Assembly: GCA_044226015.1 (NCBI GenBank)
Contig: JBGAHS010000009.1
Coordinates: 32,001-96,000, forward strand
Length of the DNA: 64,000 bases
From: Candidatus Obscuribacteraceae bacterium
GTDB lineage: Bacteria; Cyanobacteriota; Vampirovibrionia; Obscuribacterales; Obscuribacteraceae
Reading direction: 5' to 3'
Part shown: piece after piece, positions 39,952 to 50,031 of the stretch
Position numbering within the stretch: position 1 is the first letter of the stretch
Layout of the letters: every line of letters starts with the position of its first letter
Notes under the pieces: generated by a model
The model's database searches: none
The model's input: the letters and a program-made list of their open reading frames with translations, nothing else
What the model was told of the DNA's origin: nothing
Translations under genes and position numbers: made by a program

Positions 39952-40129
39952 GGTCCTCGACCCTAAGTGCCATTTCGTCTCAATTTAAGCAACCATTGTT
40001 CCAACAAGACCATTGGAGAATACCGAAAATACCTGTGAATACGGAGTCTACAAGGCGCCCTGCCTCGTCCAGGTTTCAGTTTGGAAAAAAATTGGTATGA
40101 ATTTATTTGCAGGCAATTTTTCGAGGTTG

Positions 40130-40831
40130 ATGATGAAGGATTTTGAGAAAGACGGAGCCGCTAGCGGTCCTCCTGCTGGAGATACCGCCCAAGCCCTGAG
40201 AGACGATGCCTCTGTAGCTCCTCCGGAGCGTGCTCCGGAAGCACCAGCGAACCCTGCTGATAAAACTTCTTCTGCAAGCAAGTCGACAGAAAGTATTGAT
40301 AAAGCAAATAGTACACGCGAACGAAATGCTCAGACAGAGCTTGACGTTGCGAATTTACCTGAAAAATTAGGTCTTTCACCAGAGCAGTCAAACCTGCTTC
40401 GAAGCTTTGAAGGCGCCATACTAAAAGGTGATGCAAGTACTGTTAAAAGCCTTTTGCAAAAGAACCATGGAGATCCTGACGCATTAAAACCTGTGATGGA
40501 TGTCCTGGCAAAGGATCTAGCTAAAGCCGGTGTTAGAGCCAATTATGATGTTAATTTTGCGCTCACAGACAAGAAGGACGGCGACGCTGAGCGCACTGGC
40601 ATATTCGACATAAGTACAGCAAAGAGTCCCGAAGATTTTTTCAACAAGGACAGCACTTTTATTTGTTTCTATACAAACCCCAATTCAACCGGTTTTGCTG
40701 AGAACCGAAGTCCTCACCTTCTTAAGAATGGCGGTTTTCAAACCCCTGACTCGGTTGATTTGACCATGAACCAGGGTCTGAAAGAGGTCAGCGGCAAAGT
40801 CATAAATAATTTGCTGGAGAAGAAAAACTAG
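40130..40831 (+). CDS. Hypothetical protein with charged low-complexity N-terminus
   Basis: GAGG upstream of MMKDFEK; no Sec signal. Confidence 0.7.
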   Translation: MMKDFEKDGAASGPPAGDTAQALRDDASVAPPERAPEAPANPADKTSSASKSTESIDKANSTRERNAQTELDVANLPEKLGLSPEQSNLLRSFEGAILKGDASTVKSLLQKNHGDPDALKPVMDVLAKDLAKAGVRANYDVNFALTDKKDGDAERTGIFDISTAKSPEDFFNKDSTFICFYTNPNSTGFAENRSPHLLKNGGFQTPDSVDLTMNQGLKEVSGKVINNLLEKKN

Positions 40832-40852
40832 TTCTCTAGAGTGTAATACCTA

Positions 40853-42199
40853 ATGAAAAAAGCATTGAGCAATCTAGGAAACCTTCGCTCAATGCTTTTG
40901 TTGTTATTGTGTAGTGCAACTCTTCTTCCTGCATCGGCGCAGTCTGGTCGTGCAGGTGTCTGGAATGCAAACTCTGCTTCGAGCACTTCGTCATCGAGCA
41001 GTTCTTCAGACTCGGGACCAGGCTACACTCTTCACTATGACCCTCGCACAAGGCAATATTACCGAGTTCCAAAAGCTGGCTCAAGAGCGGTGCTTCCTGT
41101 CTGTCCTCCCTTTTCTGGTTGTTACCCTGCGGCTGGCACAGGCAATTATTCACGCTGGTCCGCTGGTCACTCAGGTGCTCACCCTGCAGGTGGTACAAGG
41201 GGTGCCTCTCGTACTTCCGCTAGTCGCGTTGCTGCGTACCCTGCTGCTGGTATCGCTGCTGGTACCAGTGCAGGTCGAGGAACGTCTGATGCGAAAGCGC
41301 AAGTAAGACTGCTTGATTATCATGAATCAGTTGATGGTCGCTCGTTCCTTGTACACCTACCTCAGACTTATCAGAGTTCAAACCCAACGCCAGTCGTGAT
41401 AGTTTTTCATGGCTTAGGTATGAATGGAACTTCGGTTCGTGGGCTCAGTGCGATGGACATTACAGCGGAGAAAAATGGTTTCATTACTGTTTACCCTGAT
41501 GGTGTAGGAGGTCGTTGGAATGATGGCGTCCAACCTGGTGGAGGCGCAGATGATGTCACTTTCGTTTCAGACATGCTAGATGCTATGGCAAAAAAATATA
41601 GAATTGACTCAAGGCGCATCTATGCATGCGGTATTTCGAACGGTGGTTTCTTTGTCCAAAAATTAGCTTGCGAGTTGTCTAATCGCATCGCCGCCATCGG
41701 TGTGGTTGCAGCAAGTGCAGGGGCGAACGTCTGCGCTCGTTGTAACACGCATCGTGGTATGCCTGCTGTTTTCTTTCTAGGAACCGACGACCCGATTATT
41801 CCGCGCGAGGGACAGAGCAAAGAACTCGGTAAGTTGGGTGACGCTCTTGGTTTGACTGAATTAGGAATCAAGAATATAGACAGTACAGTTGCTAAAGTGG
41901 GCGGTATTATGACCGCAGACGAAGCTGGCGAATTCTGGGCTAAAAATAACGGATGTGCAGCTCATGCAAGGCATGAATCTATACCTGACCGTGATACCAG
42001 AGATGGTTGCAGAGTTTCGAGAGACACTTATGGGGGCGGCATCGGTGGAAGTGACGTAGTAATTTACGATATCGAAGGTGGTGGACACAGTTGGCCTGGT
42101 GGCATGGGATTTGTGGCTAAAGACATAATCGGGCGCACGTGTAATGACATAAACGCTAGCGATATTATGTGGCAGTTTTTTCGCGCGCATTCAAGATAG
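40853..42199 (+). CDS. Exported alpha/beta-hydrolase (LpqC / PHB-depolymerase-like esterase)
   Basis: Signal peptide; VIVFHG, VYPDG, DDVTF, GISNGG nucleophile, GTDD, GGGHSWPG. Confidence 0.9.
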   Translation: MKKALSNLGNLRSMLLLLLCSATLLPASAQSGRAGVWNANSASSTSSSSSSSDSGPGYTLHYDPRTRQYYRVPKAGSRAVLPVCPPFSGCYPAAGTGNYSRWSAGHSGAHPAGGTRGASRTSASRVAAYPAAGIAAGTSAGRGTSDAKAQVRLLDYHESVDGRSFLVHLPQTYQSSNPTPVVIVFHGLGMNGTSVRGLSAMDITAEKNGFITVYPDGVGGRWNDGVQPGGGADDVTFVSDMLDAMAKKYRIDSRRIYACGISNGGFFVQKLACELSNRIAAIGVVAASAGANVCARCNTHRGMPAVFFLGTDDPIIPREGQSKELGKLGDALGLTELGIKNIDSTVAKVGGIMTADEAGEFWAKNNGCAAHARHESIPDRDTRDGCRVSRDTYGGGIGGSDVVIYDIEGGGHSWPGGMGFVAKDIIGRTCNDINASDIMWQFFRAHSR

Positions 42200-42387
42200 T
42201 TGCTTAGATGAGATGCTCGAAGCTACCTGCCAGGCTAAAAGAAGGAATGATTTCGCCCGAAAGGAGAATCCTGATTTGCCAAGAATTGATTTGGTTTCTG
42301 CAAACAATTCTGCTTTAGCAATTGAATTCTCTGTTCATCATAAAGAGCGCTTAAATTTAACGAAATAAACCAGTCTCTGCTGCCTTA

Positions 42388-44199
42388 TTAGTTGCGGCGA
42401 AGTTTATAGGACTTTCCCGTCCATGGGTTGTTGTCTATGACCAGCGTGCGTTGACTTCCTATGGCACCCTCAATGTGACCTTGTGCGGTAGCAACTTGTT
42501 TATTTGTTTGCTGGTTGTAGATGTTTATGATAACTGTGTGTCCAACCTGTACATCCGCGCGAAGTGCGCCTGGTGGTATTTGGAAGAAGTTTTGATTATC
42601 TAAAGCACCACCGCCGGTGAGGAAGTGGTTTGCTTCTGTTCTTTCAGCGCCTGCCCTCTGTGCATTGCTGTCTCTGTGCGCTTGTGTTTTTTGATTAGCT
42701 TCAGCGCTAGCTGAAAAAATGGCTGATTGTTCTGCGGCTGAAAGAGAATACTGAGATTTGTATTCTGGAACTGCTTCGCGGTCCTTATGCTCTTTCATCT
42801 CAACCCCGCCGCTCAGAAATTTACCCTTTTGCACCGCAGGTGGTGCTTGCTCTGTTTCTTCGCGAGCACTGATATTTCCTTTCAAGATATTTTGCTGCTC
42901 AGTGACGGACGGACTTGCCGCTTTCGCTTCCATTGGAACGCTCGGCTTGATGTCTACGGGCGATATTTCGGCGTGCTTAGAACGCTGCGGTAGCGGAGCC
43001 TTGTCGGCTGGCGCTTGTCTGTGTGTTTCGATTGGTACTACTTGCGGCCCATTGTTCTCTGTCTTCTTAATTTCAATGGGCGCTGGTGCTGTTGGTGCTT
43101 CGAAAGCCATTTGTTCACTTCTGTTGATCGGTTTAATGGAGACTGCATCTCCTCCAAGTGGTATTGGCTGTGGTGTGAGAATCAATTGCTCCGCCGGTTT
43201 TGTTGGAACTGCAAGGGCTGTTTCTCTGGTGCTACCCTTTTCCAACACCGCTGGTTGTATTACTGGTAGCGCTGCCGGATGCGATTTGCGTTCAGCAAGT
43301 TGCTCGGGCGGTAGAGCGGGAATGCTAAGGTTCACAGCAGATACTTTCGGCAGCATGGCATGTGCCTGACGTGCCGATTCTGCCATGCGTTCTTGTTCTG
43401 CTTTGAGCGACTCGATAGCTTTCTTGTTTAATTCTTCGGCGTTGAATGTGGAGTCAAGCTTTATCGGAGTCGGTTTTGGAAGCTGGTCCGCAATTGGTTT
43501 ACCTGATTCGACTGAACCTAATGGCTGACCCTCAAGTTTATGAGGCGGCACTGGTTGCGGTATCACTGATTCTATTTTGTTTGGGGCGATAGGCTGCGGC
43601 GCTGCAATTTCCGGTCTATGAGGAGCCACTGGATGCGGCATCGGAATTTCGTTGTTGGCTCTTGTAACACTTTCAGAGCTATTCGTTTGAGAAAGTTGTT
43701 TCTGCACTTGCTCGGGCGAAATAGGTTGTGGTGCTGTGAATTCCACTTTGTGTGGCGCAACCGGCTGTGGTAGGGGAATATCGCCTGGCGTTGTTAACTC
43801 GACGCCGGTCTTGAATAGCTTTTCCGGAGGAATTGCTTGTGGTGCAACTGATTCAACTTTGTGCGGTGCTACCGGCTGTGGCGCTGGAATATCAGATTTA
43901 GAGCCCTGTGCAGCCTTTTCTAAATTTCCTGCATCCTGATTTTTCTCGGCATTTTTCCCTTTTTCCCTGTCGTTAACTTCAACATGTCCAAAAAGCCTTT
44001 TGCCTGTTGTGTTTCGTCCTTCTCTATTTTTGCGTTGATTTTTGATGCTGGTCTGGAGATCTTCGCGGTCTTGATTTGAAATGTCGCCACGCAAAGTCGA
44101 ACTCGTCTTCTCTGAGTTTTCGCTTGCTTTACCCTTTTCAAATGCTTCGGGACGAGGCGCTTTCTCCCCGTTATTGCCACTGTTATTCGTAGCTGTCAT
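42388..44199 (-). CDS. Pro-rich repetitive hypothetical protein
   Basis: Repeated (I)PxPQP(V/I)APHK units; small globular C-terminal domain; GAGG RBS. Confidence 0.8.
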   Translation of the reverse strand: MTATNNSGNNGEKAPRPEAFEKGKASENSEKTSSTLRGDISNQDREDLQTSIKNQRKNREGRNTTGKRLFGHVEVNDREKGKNAEKNQDAGNLEKAAQGSKSDIPAPQPVAPHKVESVAPQAIPPEKLFKTGVELTTPGDIPLPQPVAPHKVEFTAPQPISPEQVQKQLSQTNSSESVTRANNEIPMPHPVAPHRPEIAAPQPIAPNKIESVIPQPVPPHKLEGQPLGSVESGKPIADQLPKPTPIKLDSTFNAEELNKKAIESLKAEQERMAESARQAHAMLPKVSAVNLSIPALPPEQLAERKSHPAALPVIQPAVLEKGSTRETALAVPTKPAEQLILTPQPIPLGGDAVSIKPINRSEQMAFEAPTAPAPIEIKKTENNGPQVVPIETHRQAPADKAPLPQRSKHAEISPVDIKPSVPMEAKAASPSVTEQQNILKGNISAREETEQAPPAVQKGKFLSGGVEMKEHKDREAVPEYKSQYSLSAAEQSAIFSASAEANQKTQAHRDSNAQRAGAERTEANHFLTGGGALDNQNFFQIPPGALRADVQVGHTVIINIYNQQTNKQVATAQGHIEGAIGSQRTLVIDNNPWTGKSYKLRRN

Positions 44200-44241
44200 T
44201 CAAAAATCCTCAAAACATTATCCTCTAAGTAATTATGCCAC

Positions 44242-45078
44242 TTAAAGTTGAAATCCTACTTCAAGACCTTTGCTTCCATGAAATGTTATGGAAAGTCTTT
44301 GCGACCCAAAAGTGGGGTCCCCCAAGGGCTGCCAGCCCAGGTAATACGGCGAGCCCATAGCGCGTAAATCTCTATTTATTTCATTCATAAATGGTACAAC
44401 ATCGCGCTTATGTCCGTGCTGTGCCATAAATCTAAGGCGCTGCTCGAGCTTTCGTCCCATGTCCATTTGTCCATCTTGTAGATCGTACGCAAATTGTTGC
44501 GGGGTGATCGTCATGTAATCCATCGCTTTTCCGCTGTAAGAGGATTCTGCCGGGTTGTTTTGATATGGGCGAGGTTCAATTCTTGGCTGGGCTCCCTGGT
44601 TATATTCATAAGGGTTTTGCGGAACACTGCCTCGTCGATCAGGATACTGATAGGGGCTGTAGCGGTCGTCAGAATAGCGCGAGGCATCTTGTGATGCTCG
44701 ATAAGCATCTTCGTTGACTCGACGCGGGTCTATGGGCAAATAGGTATCGGGCGGGAAACCATCGCCACCTGCACAATCTGCTCGTCCTCGGGAAAATTGT
44801 ACCTGTCCCCTACCGCGCTGTCCCTGTATTGGAGGCTCGTTGCTGTATATTTCAACGGGAGGAAGTTGCTGATATGGGACACCTGTTCTCTGCTGATAAG
44901 GAACGTCTTGAGGATGACGTGGATCGAACGGAGGCATATAGCCTCTTCCCTGATAAGCCGGCATAGAATCTACAGGCATCTGGCACTCTACGTACTGATT
45001 TTGCAGCCGACTTGTGTCTTGTCTTTGCTGTCCATTTGCTGGAATCTCTGCCCGAAACTCGTCGTAGTCTCTGCCCAT
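44242..45078 (-). CDS. Hypothetical protein, Q/P/Y-rich N-half
   Basis: GAGAGGA RBS; 278-aa ORF. Confidence 0.75.
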   Translation of the reverse strand: MGRDYDEFRAEIPANGQQRQDTSRLQNQYVECQMPVDSMPAYQGRGYMPPFDPRHPQDVPYQQRTGVPYQQLPPVEIYSNEPPIQGQRGRGQVQFSRGRADCAGGDGFPPDTYLPIDPRRVNEDAYRASQDASRYSDDRYSPYQYPDRRGSVPQNPYEYNQGAQPRIEPRPYQNNPAESSYSGKAMDYMTITPQQFAYDLQDGQMDMGRKLEQRLRFMAQHGHKRDVVPFMNEINRDLRAMGSPYYLGWQPLGDPTFGSQRLSITFHGSKGLEVGFQL

Positions 45079-45144
45079 TTCATTGTCCTCTCTAAGTCTT
45101 TTAATCTTAGAAAGGAAGTTTGAAATTTATTTGAAAAGACTGTT

Positions 45145-46305
45145 CTACTTTCTTGTTTTGGCGAAGATGAAGCCATCATAGGAAGAATTATTAGCGACCG
45201 GTACAAAAAGAGAAGACTCCTCGCGTCCAGCTTGATTTTTGTAATGTCCAAATCTATAGAGATCTGACCTTGGAGAATCACGAAGTTGCTCATCATGTTT
45301 TTCGGTTTTGCTTGCAGGGAAGCCGTTCAGGCGTAGTACTTGAGACTCAATCTTGTGTTCTTTCTTCAAATAATCGTTTGTTAGGTCGTGCCATTTGTGA
45401 GCAGATGCCTCTTTATTAAAGTGGTCAGCGCCGCCATACGCAACAACTTTTGCGTTAGGATCTTCTTTCAGGATGTTTGCAATAGACCCAGCCCAGGCTC
45501 TGTCTCTGGATTTTCTATCTTCTTCTGTCTTTTCGGTGTGTTTGTTAATATCAGTGCCAACAACTTTGATGCCAGCATTCTTCATACTGTCGAGCATCTG
45601 CATGTATTTTTCACCGGTTCCGGGATAACTTTTATCCCAGGTGTTCATAAGGTAGTTTTTTAGTTCCTCACGTGCACCTTTATCTCCATTCGAAAACTTG
45701 TCCAGTGAAGATTGCATTTCCTGGGGAATCATTTCCATGGCGAAATGTGTGACACCAGCAGCTTTCATATTCTCAGCACTATCTGCAACATGCTGTTTTG
45801 CTGAAAAGTCCTTATGATCTTCGCCAATCAACGTTACTTTCTGGTCTTTGAGAACGTTTTTGTAGTCAATTTCAGGAAGATTTTTCAAATAGTTGATGCT
45901 TCCTTTTTCTGAAGCATTGCGGTCTAGCGGCTTCCCTTCTTCTGGATCTTTGCGCTCTGCTGCTTGTTTATCGAGCTTTTCCTTTTCCTGTTTTTGTTTT
46001 TCACTCCGCTCGGCCGCGCTCTGTGGTCTGCTCAGGATTTTGAAATCATCACCATCGTCTGCGGCATCCTTGCTGTCAGTTTTGCTTGCGCTATCAAAGA
46101 TGTCGAGCTTGCCGAATTGGGAGAGTGCTGATTCGCTTCCCCTTTTAAGCGTCTGATTCATTGCATCGATTGATTGCTTGAAGGTGTTAGAGTTCTGATC
46201 AAAGGCTTGCGAACTTAGATTGTCTCGCGTGTTTGACTCTGTCTCACGGTTTGAACTTTCACCAGAATCCCTTTTTTGTTCTTCTATGTCTTTTTCGCCA
46301 GCCAT
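45145..46305 (-). CDS. ChaN/EreA/TIKI-superfamily domain protein with acidic N-terminal extension
   Basis: LIGEDH, HFAMEM, IKVVGTD, RDRAWA, YGGADH. Confidence 0.7.
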   Translation of the reverse strand: MAGEKDIEEQKRDSGESSNRETESNTRDNLSSQAFDQNSNTFKQSIDAMNQTLKRGSESALSQFGKLDIFDSASKTDSKDAADDGDDFKILSRPQSAAERSEKQKQEKEKLDKQAAERKDPEEGKPLDRNASEKGSINYLKNLPEIDYKNVLKDQKVTLIGEDHKDFSAKQHVADSAENMKAAGVTHFAMEMIPQEMQSSLDKFSNGDKGAREELKNYLMNTWDKSYPGTGEKYMQMLDSMKNAGIKVVGTDINKHTEKTEEDRKSRDRAWAGSIANILKEDPNAKVVAYGGADHFNKEASAHKWHDLTNDYLKKEHKIESQVLRLNGFPASKTEKHDEQLRDSPRSDLYRFGHYKNQAGREESSLFVPVANNSSYDGFIFAKTRK

Positions 46306-46492
46306 AATTTAAGGACTCCCCCAGAGATCCACGAAAAAATGCAGGTTTGGTGAACTTAGTAATTGCTCGAAGGTTCTCGATTTCCCAATATTAGTGGAGA
46401 AGTATGGCAGAATTGTACTTTCCATAAAAATCCCGGCGAACCTGGATGTATCGTACTTTTAGAGACTGCTCAGCCGCTCGGTGTTTTCAGAA

Positions 46493-46530
46493 AAGTAAAA
46501 AGGGGTCGCTCATAGCGACCCTTTTTACTT
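46493..46530 (-). terminator. Intrinsic terminator of pilin-like copy 1
   Basis: aagtaaaaaggggtcgct-cat-agcgaccctttttactt. Confidence 0.85.
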
Positions 46531-46544
46531 CCACCAGCCGAAGT

Positions 46545-47054
46545 TTAGCTAAACAAATTTGCATCACGAGCCGAAGCCACCAGCCAGTTAATGCAACCTG
46601 GCGTTGCAAGACCACCTGTCACTCCTGCGGCGCCCCAGAGCACACGCTTCATTGCGTCTTGAGTTCCTGCAGCCATGTGCATAAAGCCCATGATCATCGT
46701 TGGACCGCCCCAGGCGATACCCAAAATTTCCATGCCATTTGCGATGATGTTCAAGAGCGCTTCGAGGTTAGCCAGGTTGTTAACTCGAACAGTGCCGGCT
46801 GTGTTTACGCCTTGAATGACTGTGGCGTCTGCGCCTTGAGGTCCAATGGTTCCGTTTGTTGCGCCTTGCAATTGCGGAGCACTAGCCATGCCGCCTTGCA
46901 TTGTTTGCGATCCAGTAAAATTTCCCGTATTTTGTGTTTGATTACCAGTTGCAGCCATGCTATCGAAAGCATCTTGCGCGAACGCAGGTGTTGACAGTGC
47001 GATAACTGAGCTGATGGTGAGAGCGGTGCGAATGCTTGCATTAGTAAGTTTCAT
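46545..47054 (-). CDS. Exported pilin-like protein (VirB2/TrbC-like hairpin), copy 1
   Basis: Signal peptide ending STPAFA; G/T/Q-rich N-region; two hydrophobic helices joined by AAGTQDAMKR; GGAG RBS. Confidence 0.6.
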   Translation of the reverse strand: MKLTNASIRTALTISSVIALSTPAFAQDAFDSMAATGNQTQNTGNFTGSQTMQGGMASAPQLQGATNGTIGPQGADATVIQGVNTAGTVRVNNLANLEALLNIIANGMEILGIAWGGPTMIMGFMHMAAGTQDAMKRVLWGAAGVTGGLATPGCINWLVASARDANLFS

Positions 47055-47193
47055 GTTATTAGTTCTCCACATAAATTTGCTGCTTGTTTGTTGCCGCTCT
47101 TGATGAATTGATATTAGAGCTCATTTCTGAAAACGATTTGAAAGTTTTGACCTTCATTTGCGTTTGCTCTGTCATCGCGGCTTCGATGAATGA

Positions 47194-47248
47194 ATAATAT
47201 GAGCCAATTGCGACTCTTTCTGGTCATGAACCGGTCAGTTTTGGGTCA
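47194..47248 (-). promoter_or_regulatory. Putative promoter: TATTAT -10 plus three TGACC boxes at 11-bp period
   Basis: ggtca on + at 47222, 47233, 47244; ataata at 47194-47199; similar layout upstream of copy 2. Confidence 0.55.
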
Positions 47249-47346
47249 TTGCGTTAAAAGGAACAAATAAGTTCCGCAAACTTCTACAAATCTATGTGAG
47301 TGTCTGTGAGACAATTGGTTGCCAGAATAAATGGAGATTCTTTATT

Positions 47347-47796
47347 ATGCTAAGAGCTTTGCTTCCTGCCGTTTTGAGCGTTGTGATCCTGGCGGGTCTT
47401 GGTTCTGATGCACTTGCAGCTGGAGGAGTCATTCACGCCAACGAAAATGACCCGGGCTCAGCAATTGATCTTCAGAAGTATCTATCTAAGAGTGAATCAA
47501 CTCTTCTCTTTATACATAGCCCACACTGCGGTCCTTGCCGGAGAATCAGCCCTAAAATTGACGAATTGGCGAAGAAGAAGCCAGACTTGAAAGTTGTTGA
47601 CGTTATTTTGGACAGCAAAAAGGCACATGGAATTGGATGGGACTCCGCTGCAGCTAAGCAATTTAACATTCACTCTGTTCCGCAATTCATGGTTTATGAC
47701 AAGAATGGACAGCTGAGAATGTCAGGTGATAAAGCTGAAGATGAGGTTGATGCCTGGCTTGTTGAATATAAGTTGAAAAAGCCAGGAAACGATTAG
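47347..47796 (+). CDS. Exported thioredoxin-family protein
   Basis: Signal peptide, HCGPC, SVPQF. Confidence 0.88.
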   Translation: MLRALLPAVLSVVILAGLGSDALAAGGVIHANENDPGSAIDLQKYLSKSESTLLFIHSPHCGPCRRISPKIDELAKKKPDLKVVDVILDSKKAHGIGWDSAAAKQFNIHSVPQFMVYDKNGQLRMSGDKAEDEVDAWLVEYKLKKPGND

Positions 47797-47883
47797 TTTT
47801 TGACTTGATTCTGAGTTCTCCGATCTTAGCTGATTAGATTGCATGATATGATATGCAGCTAATCAAAGCTAAAGGAGCTCTAA

Positions 47884-49230
47884 ATGACAACTTCCACAAA
47901 GGAAGCGGCAACTTCGTGCGTGCTGCAAGAGTATCAACGCAAGCTGACTACCGCTGAGAAGGCCGCGGAGAATATTCGCTCAGCTTCGAATTTTTCTTTC
48001 GGAATGGGAGCGGGGCAACCTCCAGCGCTGCTCTCTGCGATTGCGAATCGAATTAAAGCCGGCGATTTGAAGGACTTGAAAATCTACTACAAGATCGCCA
48101 TGGAACATGCCGCTAAAACAATCATGGCACCTGAGGTTCTGCATACGGTTGAACTCCATCCTCTCTTCATAAGCGCATACGACAGAGCGCTCATTAAAGA
48201 GCAACAGAAAACCCACCACAAAGTTGTGAATTATGTTCCTGCGTACTTCTATCAGATACCACGTTTGTTGACCGAATTTGTGCAGATGGATACATTCGTC
48301 ACTACTGTATCTCCGATGGACAAGAATGGCTTTTTTAGCCTTGGCACAAACAATGACTATACTTCCACCGTGTTGAGAAATTGTCGCTGGAGAGCAGTTG
48401 AGGTAAACAAAAATATGCCTCGAGTTTTCGGTGAGTCGCTAGTTCATATATCTGAAGTCGATGCGATTATTGAAAATGATGTGCCCTTGCTCGAATTGCC
48501 AGGACATCCGGCGCAGCCAGAAGACGAGAAAATTGGGAAGTATGTAGCTGATCTTATTCCTGATGGAGCCACGATTCAAATGGGAATCGGTGGAATACCG
48601 AATGCGGTGGCACGGTTCTTGAGCGATCGAAAGGATCTGGGAATTCACACTGAATTGCTTTGTGACGGCATGATCGATCTCATCAAAAAAGGAGTAATTA
48701 CCGGTAAGCGCAAAAATCTGCACAAGTACAAGCACGTTTTTACGCTTGCTCTAGGTTCAACAGACCTTTACGAGTTTATCAATGATAATCCTTCAATGGA
48801 GAGCTATCCATCTAACTATTGCAACGACCCGCATGTTATTGCAAAGAATGACAACATGATTTCCGTTAACTCTGCAATTGAAATTGATCTGTACGGTCAG
48901 GTAAATGCTGAAGGAATTAATCATCATGAGTTCAGTGGCACCGGCGGTGCCTTAGACTTCATGAGAGGAGCATTTGACTCGAAAGGTGGTAAGTCATTCC
49001 TTGCTCTTTACTCTACGGCAAAAGCAGGGGAATTCTCGCGAATCGTTCCGCGACTTGAAAATAATGTTACTGATCCCAGGATGGACACCAACTATGTTGT
49101 CACTGAATATGGTATCACCAACTTGAAAGGTAAATCGACGAGAGAGAGAGCCCTTGCTCTTATCGAATTGGCACATCCGAAATTCCGTGAGGAATTAACT
49201 AAAGCTGCTAAGGAGGTAACCTTGATATGA
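47884..49230 (+). CDS. Acetyl-CoA hydrolase/transferase family (4-hydroxybutyrate CoA-transferase-like)
   Basis: TIQMGIGGIPNAV, DLGIHTE, IEIDLYGQVNAE, SGTGGALDF, VVTEYG, AHPKFRE. Confidence 0.93.
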   Translation: MTTSTKEAATSCVLQEYQRKLTTAEKAAENIRSASNFSFGMGAGQPPALLSAIANRIKAGDLKDLKIYYKIAMEHAAKTIMAPEVLHTVELHPLFISAYDRALIKEQQKTHHKVVNYVPAYFYQIPRLLTEFVQMDTFVTTVSPMDKNGFFSLGTNNDYTSTVLRNCRWRAVEVNKNMPRVFGESLVHISEVDAIIENDVPLLELPGHPAQPEDEKIGKYVADLIPDGATIQMGIGGIPNAVARFLSDRKDLGIHTELLCDGMIDLIKKGVITGKRKNLHKYKHVFTLALGSTDLYEFINDNPSMESYPSNYCNDPHVIAKNDNMISVNSAIEIDLYGQVNAEGINHHEFSGTGGALDFMRGAFDSKGGKSFLALYSTAKAGEFSRIVPRLENNVTDPRMDTNYVVTEYGITNLKGKSTRERALALIELAHPKFREELTKAAKEVTLI

Positions 49231-50021
49231 CCTCTACAGCAAGTACTACCTTGATTAAGACATCTATCAAGGACAAAGTTGGAATCATAACACTCGCCAA
49301 TTACGCAAAGCGAAATGCTCTGAGCAAAGATTTGCTTACTGCTCTGGACACAGCGATTGATGACTTTGCCGCTCGAAAATTAGCTGTCGTTATACTGCGT
49401 GCAGAACCCGATGTTAAGGTATGGTCTGCTGGTCACGATATTTCTGAGTTGCCATTGCGGCGCGACCCACTCGGTTATGATGACCCGCTGGAGACAACTT
49501 TGCGAAAGATTCAAATGTTTCCCGGACCTGTCATCTGCATGGTGCAAGGTGGTGTCTGGGGCGGTGCCTGTGACATTGCCATGACCAGCGATATTGTAAT
49601 TGGTGATGAAACTGCGACCTTTGCCATTACACCTGTTAAATTGGGCTTGCCTTACAATGCTTCCGGTGTTCTCCACTTCATGAATCGTGTTGGAATCAAT
49701 ATCGCGAAGGAAATGTTCTTTACTGCCGACCCGATTAAAGCCGACCGAGCCAAAGAGCTGGGTATACTCAATCATCTGGTGACCACTGCTGAACTAGAAA
49801 CTTTCACCATGTCCATGGCTGAACGCATCGCGTCACATTCACCTTTGAGTATTGCCGTAATCAAAGAGCAGTTCCGCTTGCTTTCGGCTGCACATCCGAT
49901 GTCTCCTGATACTTTCGAGAGGATTCAAGGATTGCGGCGGGTTGTGTATGACAGTGATGACTATGCTGAAGGTATCAACGCATTTAAGCAGAAGCGTCCT
50001 CCATCTTTTCAGGGTAAGTAA
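49227..50021 (+). CDS. scpB: Methylmalonyl-CoA decarboxylase (crotonase fold)
   Basis: KVWSAGHDISELP, RDPLGYDDPL, GVWGGA, TPVKLGLPYN, FERIQGLRRVVYDSDDY. Confidence 0.88.
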   Translation: MTSTASTTLIKTSIKDKVGIITLANYAKRNALSKDLLTALDTAIDDFAARKLAVVILRAEPDVKVWSAGHDISELPLRRDPLGYDDPLETTLRKIQMFPGPVICMVQGGVWGGACDIAMTSDIVIGDETATFAITPVKLGLPYNASGVLHFMNRVGINIAKEMFFTADPIKADRAKELGILNHLVTTAELETFTMSMAERIASHSPLSIAVIKEQFRLLSAAHPMSPDTFERIQGLRRVVYDSDDYAEGINAFKQKRPPSFQGK

Positions 50022-50031
50022 GGGAGGCTTA

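Noticed and set aside
46545..47054. Type IV or Flp pilin
   Set aside because: No class III G|FxxxE prepilin site; the leader is an SPase I type AxA and the hydrophobic segments are C-terminal
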